DNA of 64,000 bases from Harriotta raleighana (GCA_050575255.1 JBNZDD010013599.1:1677053-1741052), one strand, 5' to 3'. Counted from the stretch's first letter, positions 1 to 14,240 are shown. A program made the numbers and translations. Notes: generated by a model from the letters alone, not told the origin.

Positions 1-46
1 TGGCTACCTTTCCCCCCCCCCCCCCCCCTCCCACCCCCCCCAAAAT

Positions 47-187
47 TGGCTGTTTCGTGGGACATTGTTGTCCTCAGACAGGCCGATGAATTTCACACGT
101 GCACATGCTCTCCACGTTACAGCACACATCCCGTGGAAGCGACTTGAGACGTCTCGGGAAGATATCAATATCAAATGCAAGGATTAT
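47..187 (+). mobile_element. Degraded 3' half of the tRNA-derived SINE
   Basis: ctgtttcgtgggac...gaagcgacttgagacgtct...atatcaaatgcaaggattat matches the tail of the full-length copies in this window. Confidence 0.65.
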
Positions 188-196
188 CGTTTCTTT

Positions 197-243
197 ATTG
201 ATTGATTGATTGATCGATCGATCGATTGACTGATTGATCGATT
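197..243. repeat. Compound (ATTG)n/(ATCG)n microsatellite
   Basis: attgattgattgattgatcgatcgatcgattgactgattgatcgatt. Confidence 0.85.
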
Positions 244-3200
244 TTCCTCGTCGAGCGCAACGTTAAAACGCCACAACGTCTCGCCAACTGGGGGGAAAGT
301 GACCCCCTTTGCCCAGACAGATCCAACTCACAAGCCCTGAAAGGCACGCAGCTATTTTGAGACTCTCGACTACACGCAAAAGCTGCTTACCTTGGCTGCG
401 TAATGTCAAACGTTGTCAATTGACTGCTATTGATTTGCGCTAAAGTTTGCCTGTGTTCTTGTGGGCCAGTGAGTGAACGTGATTCAACACCTTAAGTGGT
501 GGAGGGGGGGGTGGAGGGGGGGGTGGGGGGTCGAGAGTCTAAACGGGGTGAAGTCCTCCCCAACGTTTGATACGAATTGCGGAAACTTTTCCACTGCCAC
601 ATAGCGTTGGGGGCCAATGTCGTATCCCCAAGGGGTTTGCAGTTACCAAGAGCCTTACAAACAAATCCCCCTTCCCCCCCCTGGCTCGGTAACTGAATTC
701 CACTGGATTTTTACTCGTCCTAAAAATGCTCTACGTGTAATTGCCCGGTGACCCCCCCCCCCCCCTCTCACTGACGGGTCCTCAGTCCCAATTATTGTGT
801 CCCATTTCATGAGACGAGGATCAGGTTTTGTCTTGTGTCGAGGGATTTGTTGCTATCTTGGGTTACATGGGTTCAAACTGAACGTCCTGTCTACTCTTGA
901 CTGCCATTAGCTGTCAATGGAGGGGTTTGCCTTTTTCCCATTGTCTGACGAGCAAGAATCCCTTTGCTGACTTCTACTTACACGTGAACAATGAGCAAAT
1001 TCTTCTTGGATTATAAATCGAGGCATTATCTGCCTCACGTCAGGCACAGGTACAGGTGACTCTCATGGGAACCCAAAAAAGCAAATGGTGGGAAAGAGAA
1101 TAGTTCGCGAGCAGGTGTCCAGGGGAGGAGATGTTTCTCTCGGGGGCTATTCTGTGTGTGTGTGTGTGTGTGGGGGGTCCTGTTGTTCGTGTTTGTGTGG
1201 GTAAGTGTGGGTGGGGTTCAAATCCTGCACCAGAACTTTTATTTCCAAAACACAGCACTGTTTACATCTTCAGTGTGAGCAGAGAGATGACTGTACCCTG
1301 TGAAAAGTCACCTCTGTCCTTCCTGTATTGCTTCGGAGATGTTGATTCAGACAAGATCTTTTAGATGGGGGGGGGTGGGTGGCTGACGATGAAAGGAAAA
1401 TGCTGTATGTGGGCTAATGCAAGCTTTGATGATGCGATCACAGATCTGATTCTGTCGGTGAATTGCGGGTTTGGTGAAGGCTTTGCATCCTTTCGTGAAC
1501 TGTCAGCAAAACAGAGCATTCACACAGCGATTTCATTGACAGTTCAATTTTAGTGTCAGTAAAGCCACAAGGAGTGTATTCTGACTGAACTATTCGTTTA
1601 CACGAAGCTTCGGAATGATTTCGATTTCTTTTTGGGGTTTGGCAAATCGTGTGTTACTCAAGTCAATGGGTGGTTTCTCTTGGTGTGATTTTCAAACGAT
1701 GCATTTATACCCGTTGTCACTCTTAATCGTCAGTATTTAAAGCTATTTCCACGAGCAAATGAAACGTCGAGTGAGGTTTCTTTTGTTTGCCATAATAATC
1801 GTGGGATCTTTCAGCGAAGGCTTTGAAAGGGTCTTTACACCTGGTTCTGAACTGTCTTGGGGTGCTGGTGGGTGGGTAGGCAAGTAGGGGTGGCTTTGAA
1901 TGAAGAGTATCCTCTACCACCATGACAAGTTCATGAAAAAGGATTCTTCCATCTTTTGATTACCTGCTACAAGGCTGACAAAACATTGCCCACCATTGAG
2001 TCTTATGAAGACATCCCGAAGGTGAGGCTGTGTTGAAGACATTCCCAGTAGGTAGCAACAAATGATTATATCAAAAGAGAACATGTAATACGTTCCCTAA
2101 TCCAATGAACTGGGTTGTACTGTTTTAATACTTTGGCATTTCAGGTTGTATTGTTTTTAAAGTTCATTGGATCTGTTCCATTATACCGTTAAGAATTTTC
2201 CTTTTAGATTGAGGGTTTAATATGTTGTTAAATGAGTTAGTGCTGAATATTCTTGGAACAAGCAGCATGTTCCACACATCTATTAGCTATCAGAGGCAAT
2301 AGGATCTAGTGGCGAGTTACAAAGGCTTGTGCAGTGTAATAAAGATGGCTGATGACAAATGCAGATAAGATGTGGTAGACTGATTAAGTTGGGGAATCAA
2401 TTTACGTTACAATTAAGAATTCGGCTTCCGCATTCCCATCTGGCTGCAGAGGGAATTAACTTGTACCTTTCTTCTGTCGGTAATGTATTGTTTATTTTTG
2501 TCAGCTGATTTATTGCTCTGCACAGATTGCTAGTAATATTAACATATGCCAATACCTATGGTTGTTCACTGATCCCATGGAATTGTCCTTTCACTAAGCA
2601 GATTGTTTTCTAATGGCCGAATGCAGAAATTGTGACTTTAAAGGCATATCATTGGAAGTCCGAATTGCAGGTCACATTGGGAACTCGGATGGCAAGGAAA
2701 AAATTTCATTCTACTGTATTTTTTTTGCAACTGCGTGAGCCTTCGTGCCATTTTCTATCTAGTTTTGACTGGAGGGAATACCACATGGGAATAAGTCAAT
2801 GACTCGAATATAAATTAGGACCACAGTATGATCAAAGCTGCAGGAAAACAACAGCAATGATAATTATGTACAAGTGAGCTTCAAACACGACTCTGATCCC
2901 AGGCTGTTTCATTTCACTTTTAGTTTTCTTCAAAATAAGAGTGAAACTACCGTTTGACATTTCTGTTTTTTTTTTTAACCCTTGAAATGGAATTTCTCTT
3001 CCTTTGCCAATTGTGTTTGCTTTTCGCTCTCCGCTTGCTGATTCTTACACCCCCCCCACCACCCCCCACCCAATACCTTTCTGAAGTGGGGAGGTCATTC
3101 TTTACGTTTAAGCCTTGACAACAAGTGTCAGGAGAGATATTCGACTGTGAAGAGCAGTACAGCCCAAGCCTGAACGTATTCTCATTTGCCTTTCACACCC

Positions 3201-4895
3201 ACGGACGTTCTGCCATGGATTCATGGATAGCAATTTGGAGTAGGTCCTCTAGCTATTTGGTCATCCCTCCCTAGCCCAGGGATCCTGAGGCCAAGTGTTA
3301 ACACCCCAACTGGTGTCAAGTCAACCTGACATCTTAACACCCATCAACCTTCTGATCTGCGTCGCACCTTAGATTGCCATCGTCTTTAACTATGAAAGAA
3401 GGCAACACGCATTTTATGGCTCCCGATCGCATCAAAACGTTTCAAAGCACTTCACCCCCGCCCTGCCTACCGCCCAGAGTGGGAGCTGCCCCTCTAGGCA
3501 AATGCAGCAGCCCATTTGGGCGGCAGGGGTCCCACAAACAGCTGGGAGGCGATTGACCAATTCTACCAGGTCATCAAAGCAACATAGAATTGCATTTCTC
3601 TTTCAGATGTATTTTCCCCCCAGTAGGGATTTGACTCCCCCCCCCCCCTACCCCCTGCCCCACCCCCCCCTCACCTCTCCCCCTTATTTTTGTCCCAAAG
3701 TGAAGCATTTTGGTGCACTTGGGCGCCTAGCTTAGTAGATAAAATGCATCTCAACCTTAACTAGCAAATTCTCTGCAAATTCTATTGGGATCTCTATTCG
3801 AAAATCGTGCAGTTTGGTGAATTGATTTAACGAGTAGAGTCCCCTATTGGGTTGGCAGAATCACGTTAAAATCCGCGCAGACTCGGGGAATCTCTACCAA
3901 TTGAAACGGGGAAAGGAGAGGCACTCGAGGAGAGCAAATCCAGACTGTTCTTTTGCACATAGGGTCATATAGGGCGGCTTCAGTAAGAGTCCTTACTTAG
4001 TAGGATGTTTGTTTGAGTGCCCTCTTGGGCAGAAGAGGACAGGAGAGGAAGACAAATAGCATTCCTAATACATGATCATAGTACAATACATGCAGAAATC
4101 ATTTAGCTTGATTCCAATGTCGATAGGAACTGTTTTTGCATCTGCTGCGTTAGATGCAACTTTGCATTGAAGCCATGTGTTAAGCCAAAACACCAGAAGT
4201 TATCAAAGCGTTCCAATTTTCTTTTGCTTCCACACACTCATGTCAACATCANAGAAATCATTTAGCTTGATTCCAATGTCGATAGGAACTGTTTTTGCAT
4301 CTACTGCGTTAGATGCAACTTTGCATTGAAGCCATCGTCCTATGTGTTAAGCTCTCGCCAAAACACCAGAAGTTATCAAAGCGTTCCAATTTTATTTTGC
4401 TTCCACACACTCATGTCAACATCGTCTAACCTCAGGTTAACGGGTGTTACATTAAACGTGAGGTTTCCTTGCCCTATTCGAAGCCAATTTCGCACTAGCT
4501 ATAAACCGCGGCTTGTGAAAAATATGTTTTTTTTTAATCCCCAAAAAAGTACTGTAATTGGGGACAGCATCCTGTTTGTCTAAGCAGCCAGTAGTGGAGT
4601 GCTTACAGCCAAATGTAAATTGCAAGGGAGGTCAGACAGGAAACTGCTATTGCAGAGTCTCACTGTTTGAGAGACGAGTGCAATTAACTTTTTTTAACCT
4701 TTCGTCGTTCGCCTCGGGTCATATGGGTGGCTAAATCAAATGGTACATTCTTCAGAAGTTCACATAATGAGCAAGAGATTTTTGCTGCTAGACTATTAAA
4801 GATCTGACTGAGCCACATTGTTGGATAGAGCGGGGTTTATTCCGAGTGTGTTTAACACTGATTGATGATTCATTCAATTATATTTTATTGGGGGA

Positions 4896-5200
4896 GCCTT
4901 GTAGATCAGTGACCAGCGCATTTGCCTTGCAACTGAGAGAGCCTAAGTTCAGTTCCACGTAAGGGCAACAAGTTGGGCAAGTTACTCCACATGCCTGATA
5001 ATAATCTCTCAAGAAAAACTCTAATATTGGTCACTTCAATCCATGACTGTTTGTGGTACACTGCTGTGCGCAATTGGCTGCTGCGTTTTGACCACAAAGT
5101 ATACAGTCAATTCACTTTACAGTATGTTCTGTGAAGCGCTAGGAGATGTCTAGAAGACGTGAAAAGCGCTATATAAGATGCATGGATGACTTATTATTAT
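4896..5200 (+). mobile_element. tRNA-derived SINE, near full length, diverged
   Basis: Degenerate head gtagatcagtg..gcatttgccttgcaactgagagag, body gggcaagttactccac and tail tctagaagacgtgaaaagcgctatat...ttattattat. Confidence 0.85.
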
Positions 5201-5464
5201 ATAATGCATTGTATAAATATGATACAGATGTACAGCACTCACCTCACTGTGTGTGAGATGACTTTTACATCTGGGGCATATTTGAGCTTTGTGTAAAACA
5301 TTATTTTGTTTGCTGGAATGACTATGACTTGTGCCTGAATCTCCAGCCCAGATAGCTTCACTTTAAGCAGCAGATAGGCCTGTCGTATACAATACCCCAC
5401 TGAAGCGTTTGAAGTTTGTTTTGCAATACACGTCTAGCTCATACTCCACTGTACAGCCAAGCTA

Positions 5465-5796
5465 CAGTAAAACCCCGTTTATCCGTGACTCGATGAACCA
5501 GAAACCCCGTTGAACCGGAACCTCCAAAAAAAAAGTCCTGATTCGATAAACCAGAAGTTATCCGGCGTAATAGTGTTTTTTTTTACCTCCGTCGGGTGAG
5601 GGCTGCCATTGCGAAGTTAAGTATAAATAATAAAGTACTGATACAATATTCTGTTATTATTGAGTCTATTATTAGTATGGTTTGTGTTAAAATAATTTTT
5701 AATTTAACAAACTAACGTTCAACTGGAAAACCGTTTAACCGCCACTGGCTAGGTCCCATGGGTGCCGGATAAACGGGATTTAACAGGATTTTACTG
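5465..5796. mobile_element. Non-autonomous Tc1/mariner-superfamily (pogo/Tigger-like) MITE
   Basis: TA at 5463-5464 and 5797-5798. Left TIR is CAGTAAAACCCCGTTTATCCG. The right end CGGATAAACGGGATTTAACAGGATTTTACTG is its reverse complement with a short internal duplication. AT-rich non-coding interior. Confidence 0.85.
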
Positions 5797-6210
5797 TATA
5801 TGGAAATGTTTTATGAATAACTTTGTCATTGTTGAGAAATAAGGTGACCTCAATAGGTTAAATAGTTAATATAGTTGGTGCACTGTATTTATCAGTGATG
5901 TAGTCATGTATTGACCAGGTATAGATTCTTCAAATAAAGCACGCAGTGAAGCAAATTGCAATTTGCCTAAGGTCTTTCCGATCTATACTCTTTAATTAGT
6001 TACAAGTAAAATGGGTGGAATGTTTCACAATCATTTAAAATTGAAAAGAAAAAAAACGCACTCATTAGACGCATTGTCCTAAACATTTATCATTCTCCTA
6101 TGAAGGAATCAAATCGAGCTAATTTTTTTTAAGCGTAGAATGATTCTTGTGGGGGGAATGCCTTCAATGAAATCTCGAATCGGTTTTGTCACTCATGTGA
6201 TCTCACTGGA

Positions 6211-6350
6211 ATAGGCTGACAATGCAGTGTTGGGAGGGGGGGGGGCGTGCTCTGGTTTACTGGAGGTGTCATCCTTTAGATGAGAAGTTCAACTCAGGCC
6301 TGCTCAAGATCCCATGAAATTATTGGGAAAGAGAGCGGAGTTTCTTCTGC
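6211..6350 (+). mobile_element. Ancient Deu-domain SINE relic (SacSINE1/AmnSINE1-like)
   Basis: taggctgacaatgcagtg..ggaggtgtcatcctttagatgagaagttcaactcaggcc..aagatcccatg..gagagcggagtttctt resembles the recalled Deu-domain consensus (GGATGAGACGTTAAACCGAGGCCC..AAGATCCCATGGC) and the copy at 61141. Confidence 0.65.
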
Positions 6351-6530
6351 TGCCGTTCTGTTCTGTGCGCTGATATGAACAGCATGCGGAACAGAAGGAT
6401 GTTGGTTTAATCTCCTACTCGGAGGAGGCACTAAGCAGAAGTATCTCCTCATGGGTGGGTGGTAGAGGCTGCTGTTGTGCTCCTGACTGTCAGGGAACGA
6501 GCATTTAATTTTACAGCATTTCATTGTGTA

Positions 6531-6852
6531 GTCCTTAGCTCTCAGTGATTAGAGCACTCGCCTTCCAAGCCTGAGACCTGTGTTTCGAATCCAGCCAGGT
6601 CAGGGTGCAACCTTGGGCAAGTTTCCTTACCCCACACGCCTCATAATAATCCGTCCAAACAAACAATAATAAATTGGTCATTTCAATCCAGGACTATTGT
6701 GGGGACGCCGCTGTGTGTAATTGGCGGCCGTGTTTCGCCCACACGTATACAGTCAATTCGCTTTACAGCATGTTCTGTGAAGTGCTTTGAGACATCTAGA
6801 AGACGTGAAAAGCGCTGTAGCCAATGCAAGGATTATTCTTATTAATATTATT
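6531..6852 (+). mobile_element. tRNA-derived SINE, full length (SINE2-1_CM-like)
   Basis: Pol III A box (tagctctcagtgattagagc), B box (gtttcgaatcc), shared body, and tail aagtgctttgagacatctagaagacgtgaaaagcgct..aatgcaaggattatt. Confidence 0.9.
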
Positions 6853-8881
6853 CATTAGGAAGGCAAATGCTCTCAGGGGATGTAGAACAAAGACTTCCGA
6901 AGGAAGAACTCAAAATTAATTTAAAAATGCAGCTTTTCAAAGTATTGCAGTTATTTGAAAAAAAAACACACAGCGGGGAGAATGTCATTTAGCTGATTGT
7001 AACCTTTTCCATCACAAAATTAACATTTAAAAAAAAATATGTTGCCCACGTTTGAAATATGAAGCCGTTTCATCACAGCTATGTTTGCAATTGTCATCAG
7101 CAGCATTTCAGTGGGGTGTGGGGGGGGGGGGTTGGGGGGGGCGAAAGTGGTGCTTGAGAACGGAACAATCCAGCTTTCGCTTGCATTAATTACGAAAACG
7201 CAAGCAAACAGCCCAATTCTGACAACGAGAGGGTAAGCCACTAATAACGGGGTTTGCGTCTGTCCCATTGAAAGGGCTTCTGGCTTTTTACATCGGATCT
7301 TTACATGCCGATGTTGTGCGTTTTATAAGCTGCTGCAACCTATCACCCCTTTGTCTTCTTGTTGGTATCCCGATGACCTTTGTAAAGTTGCTTTAGCGTT
7401 CAAGTGTAGGGTTTCCAACAGCCTGACCAGAAGCAAAACAGGTGGAAGGGAATTTTATCAGCTGAAAGTGGTCGGGAGACTGGGTTTAGCTAAAGCAAAG
7501 CAATCTGACACGCCGGAGCTGTGAAATATGAGCTCGAATAGTAAAACAGACCCAAGCCAAAGCGATACTCTTTTCTTAATGGTGGTCCATGTTAATTGCC
7601 CAAATAATATGTGTGTACTGGGAAAACAAACAGGTATTTCTTGAGGATCTTATTTGCTCAGTGATGGTTCTACAAAATGCATCGGGTTACAGAAGGTGAT
7701 TTAAACAACTGTACACAAAGAAACATCCCATCAGTTCTGAGCATGTACTCATCTCTCCGTCCTCCCCTGGCTTTTGTGTTGTCACCATTTCTATTGCCAA
7801 GGCTACTACTTTTGAGCTTCACTGCTATTTACTAGTTAAAGTGTTATCTTAGCTGCTCTGTTAAGTTACCTCTCGAGATAAAAATAAGGATTTAATGGTT
7901 CCATTGGCTACCAGCCAATACCCATGTCTAGGGTTCACATGTGAACAATGAACACACAGGGAGGAAATCATGCTGCTAGGCATCTGTACCCCAGTAATAC
8001 TCACCAGCACCTTCAGCACGAGAGGGGGGGTAAAATAGAGAAAATCAGAGACACACCTGGAGATGGCGGGTGGAAAGAAAATCCTTAGCCATTTCATTTT
8101 AAACCCAAATACAGTACATGTAGATTTAAATGTTTTGTTTCATGTACAACATAGCTCTTCCGAATAACTATGGTTCAACTCCCAAACTTTAACTCAGTGT
8201 CACTTTGTCAACATCAGTGTAATTGATGGAAAGAGCTATATATATTTTTTTCCATTCATGTGGTTATATCATCACCGGTGTAAATACAGTAATTCATGTT
8301 CAGTGGACTGCCCATAGCCTTCTAGGACTTTGTATCGGTCTCTCTCCATAAAGATGACGTTAGTTATTTGGACACCACCTAAATAGCAGTGGGCAAAACA
8401 TTATTCGGGAAGCGACATAGGCATTTGACCTCAAATGTGACGATCCCGACAAACAGAATAGGAAATCACTCCCTAAGTTTGGAATACATCACAGGAACCA
8501 AACTGCCTTATGCATTTTGAGTGATTGCTGGTTTGTTATAGTGACTGCTTTTGAAGCGAACATTTTTTGGCACAAAGGCAATGGGATGTATGGTTTTCTC
8601 ATTATCTGGTGACACAGGAAATAGAATCATTCTTGAGGCAGTCAGCTTTCCGAGCAACTGACTGCATTACTGTCAAACCTTAATGGTGGTCCAGTTATCA
8701 TCATGGAATCCGGCCCCCGCCATTTATCTCAAAAACAAACATTCACTGGCAGCCTCGCTCCCGACTGTGGATCTGCTTTCGATACTGCGATGTTGTGAGT
8801 GTCACTCAGACAGTTGCGTTCAGCTCAGGACAAGAAAGGCTTGTTTAAGAGAAGGGAGTTTCTCCCAGAGTCCTGGCTAAC

Positions 8882-8987
8882 ATTATTAGGCGTGTGGAGT
8901 AAGGAAATTTGCCCAAGGTTTTGCTCTGCTTGGAATTGAACCCAGGTCTCTTGCTCGCAAGGCGAGTGCTCTAACCACCGAGCTACA
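8882..8987 (-). mobile_element. tRNA-derived SINE, 5' head only
   Basis: Reverse complement reads tgtagctcggtggttagagcactcgccttgcgagcaagagacctgggttcaattcc...ccttgggcaaatttccttactccacacgcc. Confidence 0.85.
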
Positions 8988-11900
8988 AAATTGCTGCTCC
9001 ATTCATTGGGAACAACAGAGCATTTCAGAGACCTGTTCTAAAATATATAGGGGTTATCAATAAAGATTAAAGTGCAAACCTCCTTTAGGACGCTATTCTG
9101 CCTTGTTTGCTATAATGTAATAGGAGTGCAATATTCTGAAAATGTTTTAATGTGATTTCCCCCTCAGCACAAGTAAAATATTGAAAGAAATAGCACTTAA
9201 GAAGCCAATCCCTCCACTCTGGCTCAATTGCTTTTGTGCATTTATACGAATTCCTCTCTGGATATTATCAAGTCATTTTCAGGCTTCCTGTTTTATCTGA
9301 TTTCGATATATGGAGAGGGCACCGACTGATGTCCTGGAGCAAACAGTTTCCTCCAAAACATACCATCAGCAAATTCTCTTCTGAATATTGGGTTTGCTTG
9401 TCGCCAGTAAGTATTAAATAATATTTTTTTTAAATTGAAGCTGCGGATTGTAATTTATGGCATGAACTATGTAAAATCTCACATATTTTTCCTCCCAGTA
9501 TTTTCTCCTCTGCTGCTGGTCACGATGGCTACAGATCCCATGGAATCCAACTGTTCTCTGGTACTTAGCCAAAGAGATGATCCTTCATGTGTGAGTCAGT
9601 GCTGGCAAGCTATCCGACCATGAAGGGCATTGCAGATCCATCCTGTCCTTGTCACATCCCAACACACCCACTTTCCAGCAAGGGTCAATGGATAGGAATT
9701 GGAATTGTGGTTCTGTTCTCTTCTCTTCCCTCCACCACCCACCCCCCCCACTCAGCCCCCCCATGCCAGCCCCCACAAATGACTGAAGATTACCAGTCAC
9801 CCCAATCGAATTGCCACTGATACCCTCCTTGCAGAAGTCGAGTGTGTTTGTAATGGGCAGATTTGGGGCATTATCTTAGGCCGAACCCATGAGCTCAGGT
9901 GGAAATGTGTTTAATTTTCACTGCGGCTATGTATTTTCAACAAGAAAGAAAATCTACAATGTTCAATCGTTCCACCGAACGAACACATTGCGAAACCGTA
10001 GATAATTTCAGAACTTCTGCGGGCCCAAAAAATAAATTAGAAAGTTTTTGAATACTGCAGTAGGAAATATATAGGAGAGATTCAGATAATATCGAAACCA
10101 TTTCAATGTCATCTCGAGGCTTGCCTTTGTGTGACTGTCTTGGAAGTTGCTCCTACCAATCCCATTACTACACGAAGCCGAAAATTCAATTTGGATTATC
10201 TATTGGGTTAAGGAAGAACATGTCTATATCTGTCAAGGTCCTGGGTTATTCACTGGTACAATGCTATCATGATACAGTAACATTCATTAAATGCAGAGCT
10301 CAGTCTAGCAATGAAAGTGGTTTTAAATGAACTGCTCCTAATATTTTAATGCTCGAGGTGAGAGAAGCAGAGCAAGCAAGCGAACAGACAATGTGGAAAT
10401 AATTCCCATCAAGCAGTTGTATTTACTCGGCATTACTCAAATCTTTCAAATCCTCAATTAACCATTTTCTAGCATTCTTCGGTGCAAATTACGCTAGTAG
10501 GTGGATGTATTGCTTTGAGAAGAAAATAAATCAAACTCCATAGCCTTACTGTTTAAAATATCAAGGGGAAAATAGTGTTATAGTAGCACAGTAATTAATT
10601 AATTCATTGTGGTGAAATAAATCTTTCTCATGCATACATACATAAATAAAGTATTGGCATGTACTTAGTGTGAGTAAATTTCAATGAAAAGACCAGATGT
10701 TGTAAAATATATGTTTTTTTATCACCAAGTTCCCCCCCCCGTCCCCCCATCCCCCCTCCGCTCCCCTCCTTCCACTTCTGAAGGAGTTTTTATTTCTCCT
10801 TTCACCTGAGTGTAGCTGCATCCAGCCTTGATTCTCCTTTTGTATCTCGGCTAAGAAGGCATTCGGATGCGAATCCCGACAGCGATTGTCAGCAGGCTGT
10901 TTGGCTGCAGGGGCATATTGCAACGCACTGATTTACCCCTCCCTAACACAGGGGGGGTTGTCAGGCCAATTTCAGCGCCTCTTACTGCTCCTCCTAAGAT
11001 TTACGGTTTGTTATGCAAGATTATACAACATCTGTTTAAAAGTCTTTTGTGTGAGGCCAACAGGATGTTTGACGGGATCAGTTGACAAAAGCTTATGACT
11101 CTTTTGTCTTCGCCCTGCAAACGCAACCTTTATTTTCACTCATTCATTTATTTATTTTTGAGTAATTTGCAGCAAAGGCCGTAGTCTGCTGGTTTCCGGG
11201 TACAGATCATGAGTGTGGGTCCACCCCTCCTAATTTATTTTCCAGCGTTCGCAGTTGGGTTTGACCTGTGAGCTGGAATGTGGATATGGAATGCACTGCC
11301 CTTTTCCAGGCTCTGCTGAAAATTGTCTGATCTAATACCGCCACAGGAACACCTTGTAAATAGTTCATTGGGGGCCCTCGTCTCACTCCCTCACACACGC
11401 AGATCCCCACCCAACCATATTTCAAAATTAGGCTTTTTTTTTTCCACTGCACAATATTTCCCAGCCACATTCCCCTCCCCAACCCCAGAGACCTTGTAAC
11501 TTCAAGGCTATGTTTGTTTCTTTTTTGCAATGACGTCAGTAGAGCCCCAGCAAAGCCTGATTGATTTCCCTGGTTAAGTTGATGTGACCCCCCCCGGTGT
11601 GCGTCTGTCCTGGAATTAGTGCGTTGTTCGTATTTGCAATGTTTTGATTTCGAGACGTCCAACCCAATTGTGACAGCAACACGGTTGGAAACAGGTGTGA
11701 GTCCAAAAATACAGATCGCCAATGTACCATGCAGTATATTACCTGGCCTGCCACAGTTGTGTGCAAAGTGAGAAGAAATGGCAGTCCTGGGAGATGTTCG
11801 GCCTGAAGGACAGATTTCAAAGGAGAGAGGATTTTTTTTGTTGGGTCAGCCGACATGTGTATGCCACCTAATTCGCCTTGGACGTCCTCCCGACATGAAA

Positions 11901-12699
11901 GGAGCTCTATAAATGTTATTTTGTTGTGTGGTTGTTGTTGTATTCCAGCTTAAAACTCGCATAGTTTGCCATTGCCCTGTCTGGCAAGCTTCCTGCTGCT
12001 TGTCCAGCTACAGCCACTTGTTAAAAGAGTTTGAGGTTTGGCCTGAAGAATTAATAGGAGAGGAGTGGGATGAAAGAGAGCGAGAGAGAGAGAGATGAGT
12101 GGGTAAAGGAAAGAGATCACATACTGGAACAAACTTTGTATTTGATATAATGCTATTCAACAACACAAATAGATATGGCATGAATTCACCATACGTTTCA
12201 TATCTTCGTTGAGTAATTAAAAAATCAGGCATACAATGACATGAAATGTTGCTGATTGTGGTATTTCGAAGTTGATCAAACAAGATTTTGATCTTACTAT
12301 GAGAGGTTTTAAGCAGACGCATTGCGCACTACATAATTACAAATCCTTTCATTAATGCAACTTGAAGGTGTCTGCTAAATGAAAACAGGAAATACTTAAC
12401 ATATTACCATCAATATATGAAACGACTATTCTTTTTAGTTGGCTTGAACAGCTTGATGCTGGCGTAATAAAGCCAATTTATTTCCACAGATCAAAGTGAA
12501 ATCATCAAAGGCAACACACATTTATGCGGAAACATTTTTGAAGGTTTAAAAAACACACACACACAGATGAGTGTTCATAAGTACTTCCTTCTGGAATTTT
12601 GGAGGAATGTTTCACACTTCTTTGCATTCACTTCAGTGCTGCCTGTGATTGATAACAAATAGCCATAGTCTTGGTGGCTGTTGGTGGTACATTGGTGGA

Positions 12700-12881
12700 G
12701 TTGAATGACCTAGATTTGATTAGGCGTTTTAAGAGGAACATAGAGGGCCATCGACAGGAAGTGAGGATACGAATGGATATGCAGAAAAGGCATGGAAACA
12801 GGATCAGGATGAAAGATAAAGAATTGTCATGACCAAACAGAATGTCAGGCTGGATACCCAAATGGCCCATTCCTTTCCTAT
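12700..12881 (+). mobile_element. Probable CR1 LINE 3' end relic
   Basis: Purine-rich stretch ending ggctggatacccaaatggcccattcctttcct, resembling the CR1 3' terminus (GGGCCGAATGGCCTxxTCCT). Confidence 0.4.
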
Positions 12882-14082
12882 TTTAAGCTTTGACTTTAAT
12901 GACGCGTTGCTGAATAAAGGCTGAAGACAGTTGAAAGAACATTAAGCTGCGAAAACATGGCTTTTCGTTTAGAAACTGTTCTTCTTTCCCCCCCCCCTTC
13001 CAAACCAAAAAAATGACTCTTCTGTGAGAGTCATATTACCATCAATATATGCCGTAGTTCTAATTAAGGATTAATAAATATCTCGGGGATCCACAAATTC
13101 CACATCATGTCTCATTCACATTCCTTTTACATCTGTCTGAGAACAGCTAAGAAAAGCCTGACTTTTTAAGCAGGTTGAATTGTGACGTCTTTAATTCTAC
13201 CCTTGTGGAGTCCAGCAGCTCACTGTAGAGCATTCACTTCGCAAGCTAGAGACCTGGACAGTGTCTGTTTTGTTGCATGTACCTGATGGCTTTAAATTTT
13301 TTCCTCAGTGCAGGTGTATATTTTACTTCATGAATAGCACGAAGAATCAGTAGTCATACGGTGGGAGTTGAGGGTTCTGTTCAACCTGCAAATTAAGATG
13401 AGAGCGAGGAAACCAATGAAGTGAAAGCTCTTTCCCGGAGGCAGTACTGTGGAATGGTTGTTGAGCTAGATACAAGAAAATAGTTGAAGTGGGGGCTATT
13501 TAACACAGCTGAATGTTTTAATGTGTAAGCATAGCATGAGTGATGTGTCATAAAAGACTTGAGAGTTACTGCTGAGGTGAGGACAGTGGTAATACACACA
13601 CGTCATTCCTCGCTGTGACTCTGGATGAAATGCAACTTCAAATATTGCATGCATTGTTTATGGTTCTTTCATGAATAAATAAATCCCCTTTCAAAAACAC
13701 TCTGAGCCTTCTCCTTCTCAGTGCATTTCCATTATAAGAACCTACCACTCTTTTGCCTGCTCAGTTGTTCATTTGAAAATCGCTGGGATTTTTTTTTCTC
13801 TTCTCTCTCACCCCCAAAAAAAACCCAACAACACGCCAAACTGGAAGGCGATTACTCGAGAAGTGCTTTATTACAGTTTGTTGTGGTGNAACCTACCACT
13901 CTTTTGCCTGCTCAGTTGTTCATTTGAAAATCGCTGGGAATTTTTTTTCTCTTCTCTCTCACCCCAAAAAAAAAACCCAACAACACGCCAAACTGGAAGG
14001 CGATTACTCGAGAAGTGCTTTATTACAGTTTGTTGTGGTGAAGCACTATAAAAATGCAAGTTCTTTCTTTCCTTTCTTCTCC

Positions 14083-14240
14083 GGTCTGTGCTGAGTTAAG
14101 CTGATCCCCTGCTGACAACACAATGTCTAGCCTCGAGCCTCGCACAAGAATAGTCGTTGCAAAGTATCGGAACGAGGCTGGCTGGCACTGTGGAATTCAC
14201 TGTTGAGTCCACCGTAACTTCAGAAGAGGAGAGAAACTTT
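14083..14240 (+). mobile_element. Old SINE-like family 'X' fragment (internally deleted)
   Basis: ggtctgtgctgagttaagctgatc matches the reverse complement of 41181-41203; the downstream tgtctag..aagaat..gtggaa..cttcag..gagg motifs match 7920-8030 and 15325-15410. Confidence 0.55.
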
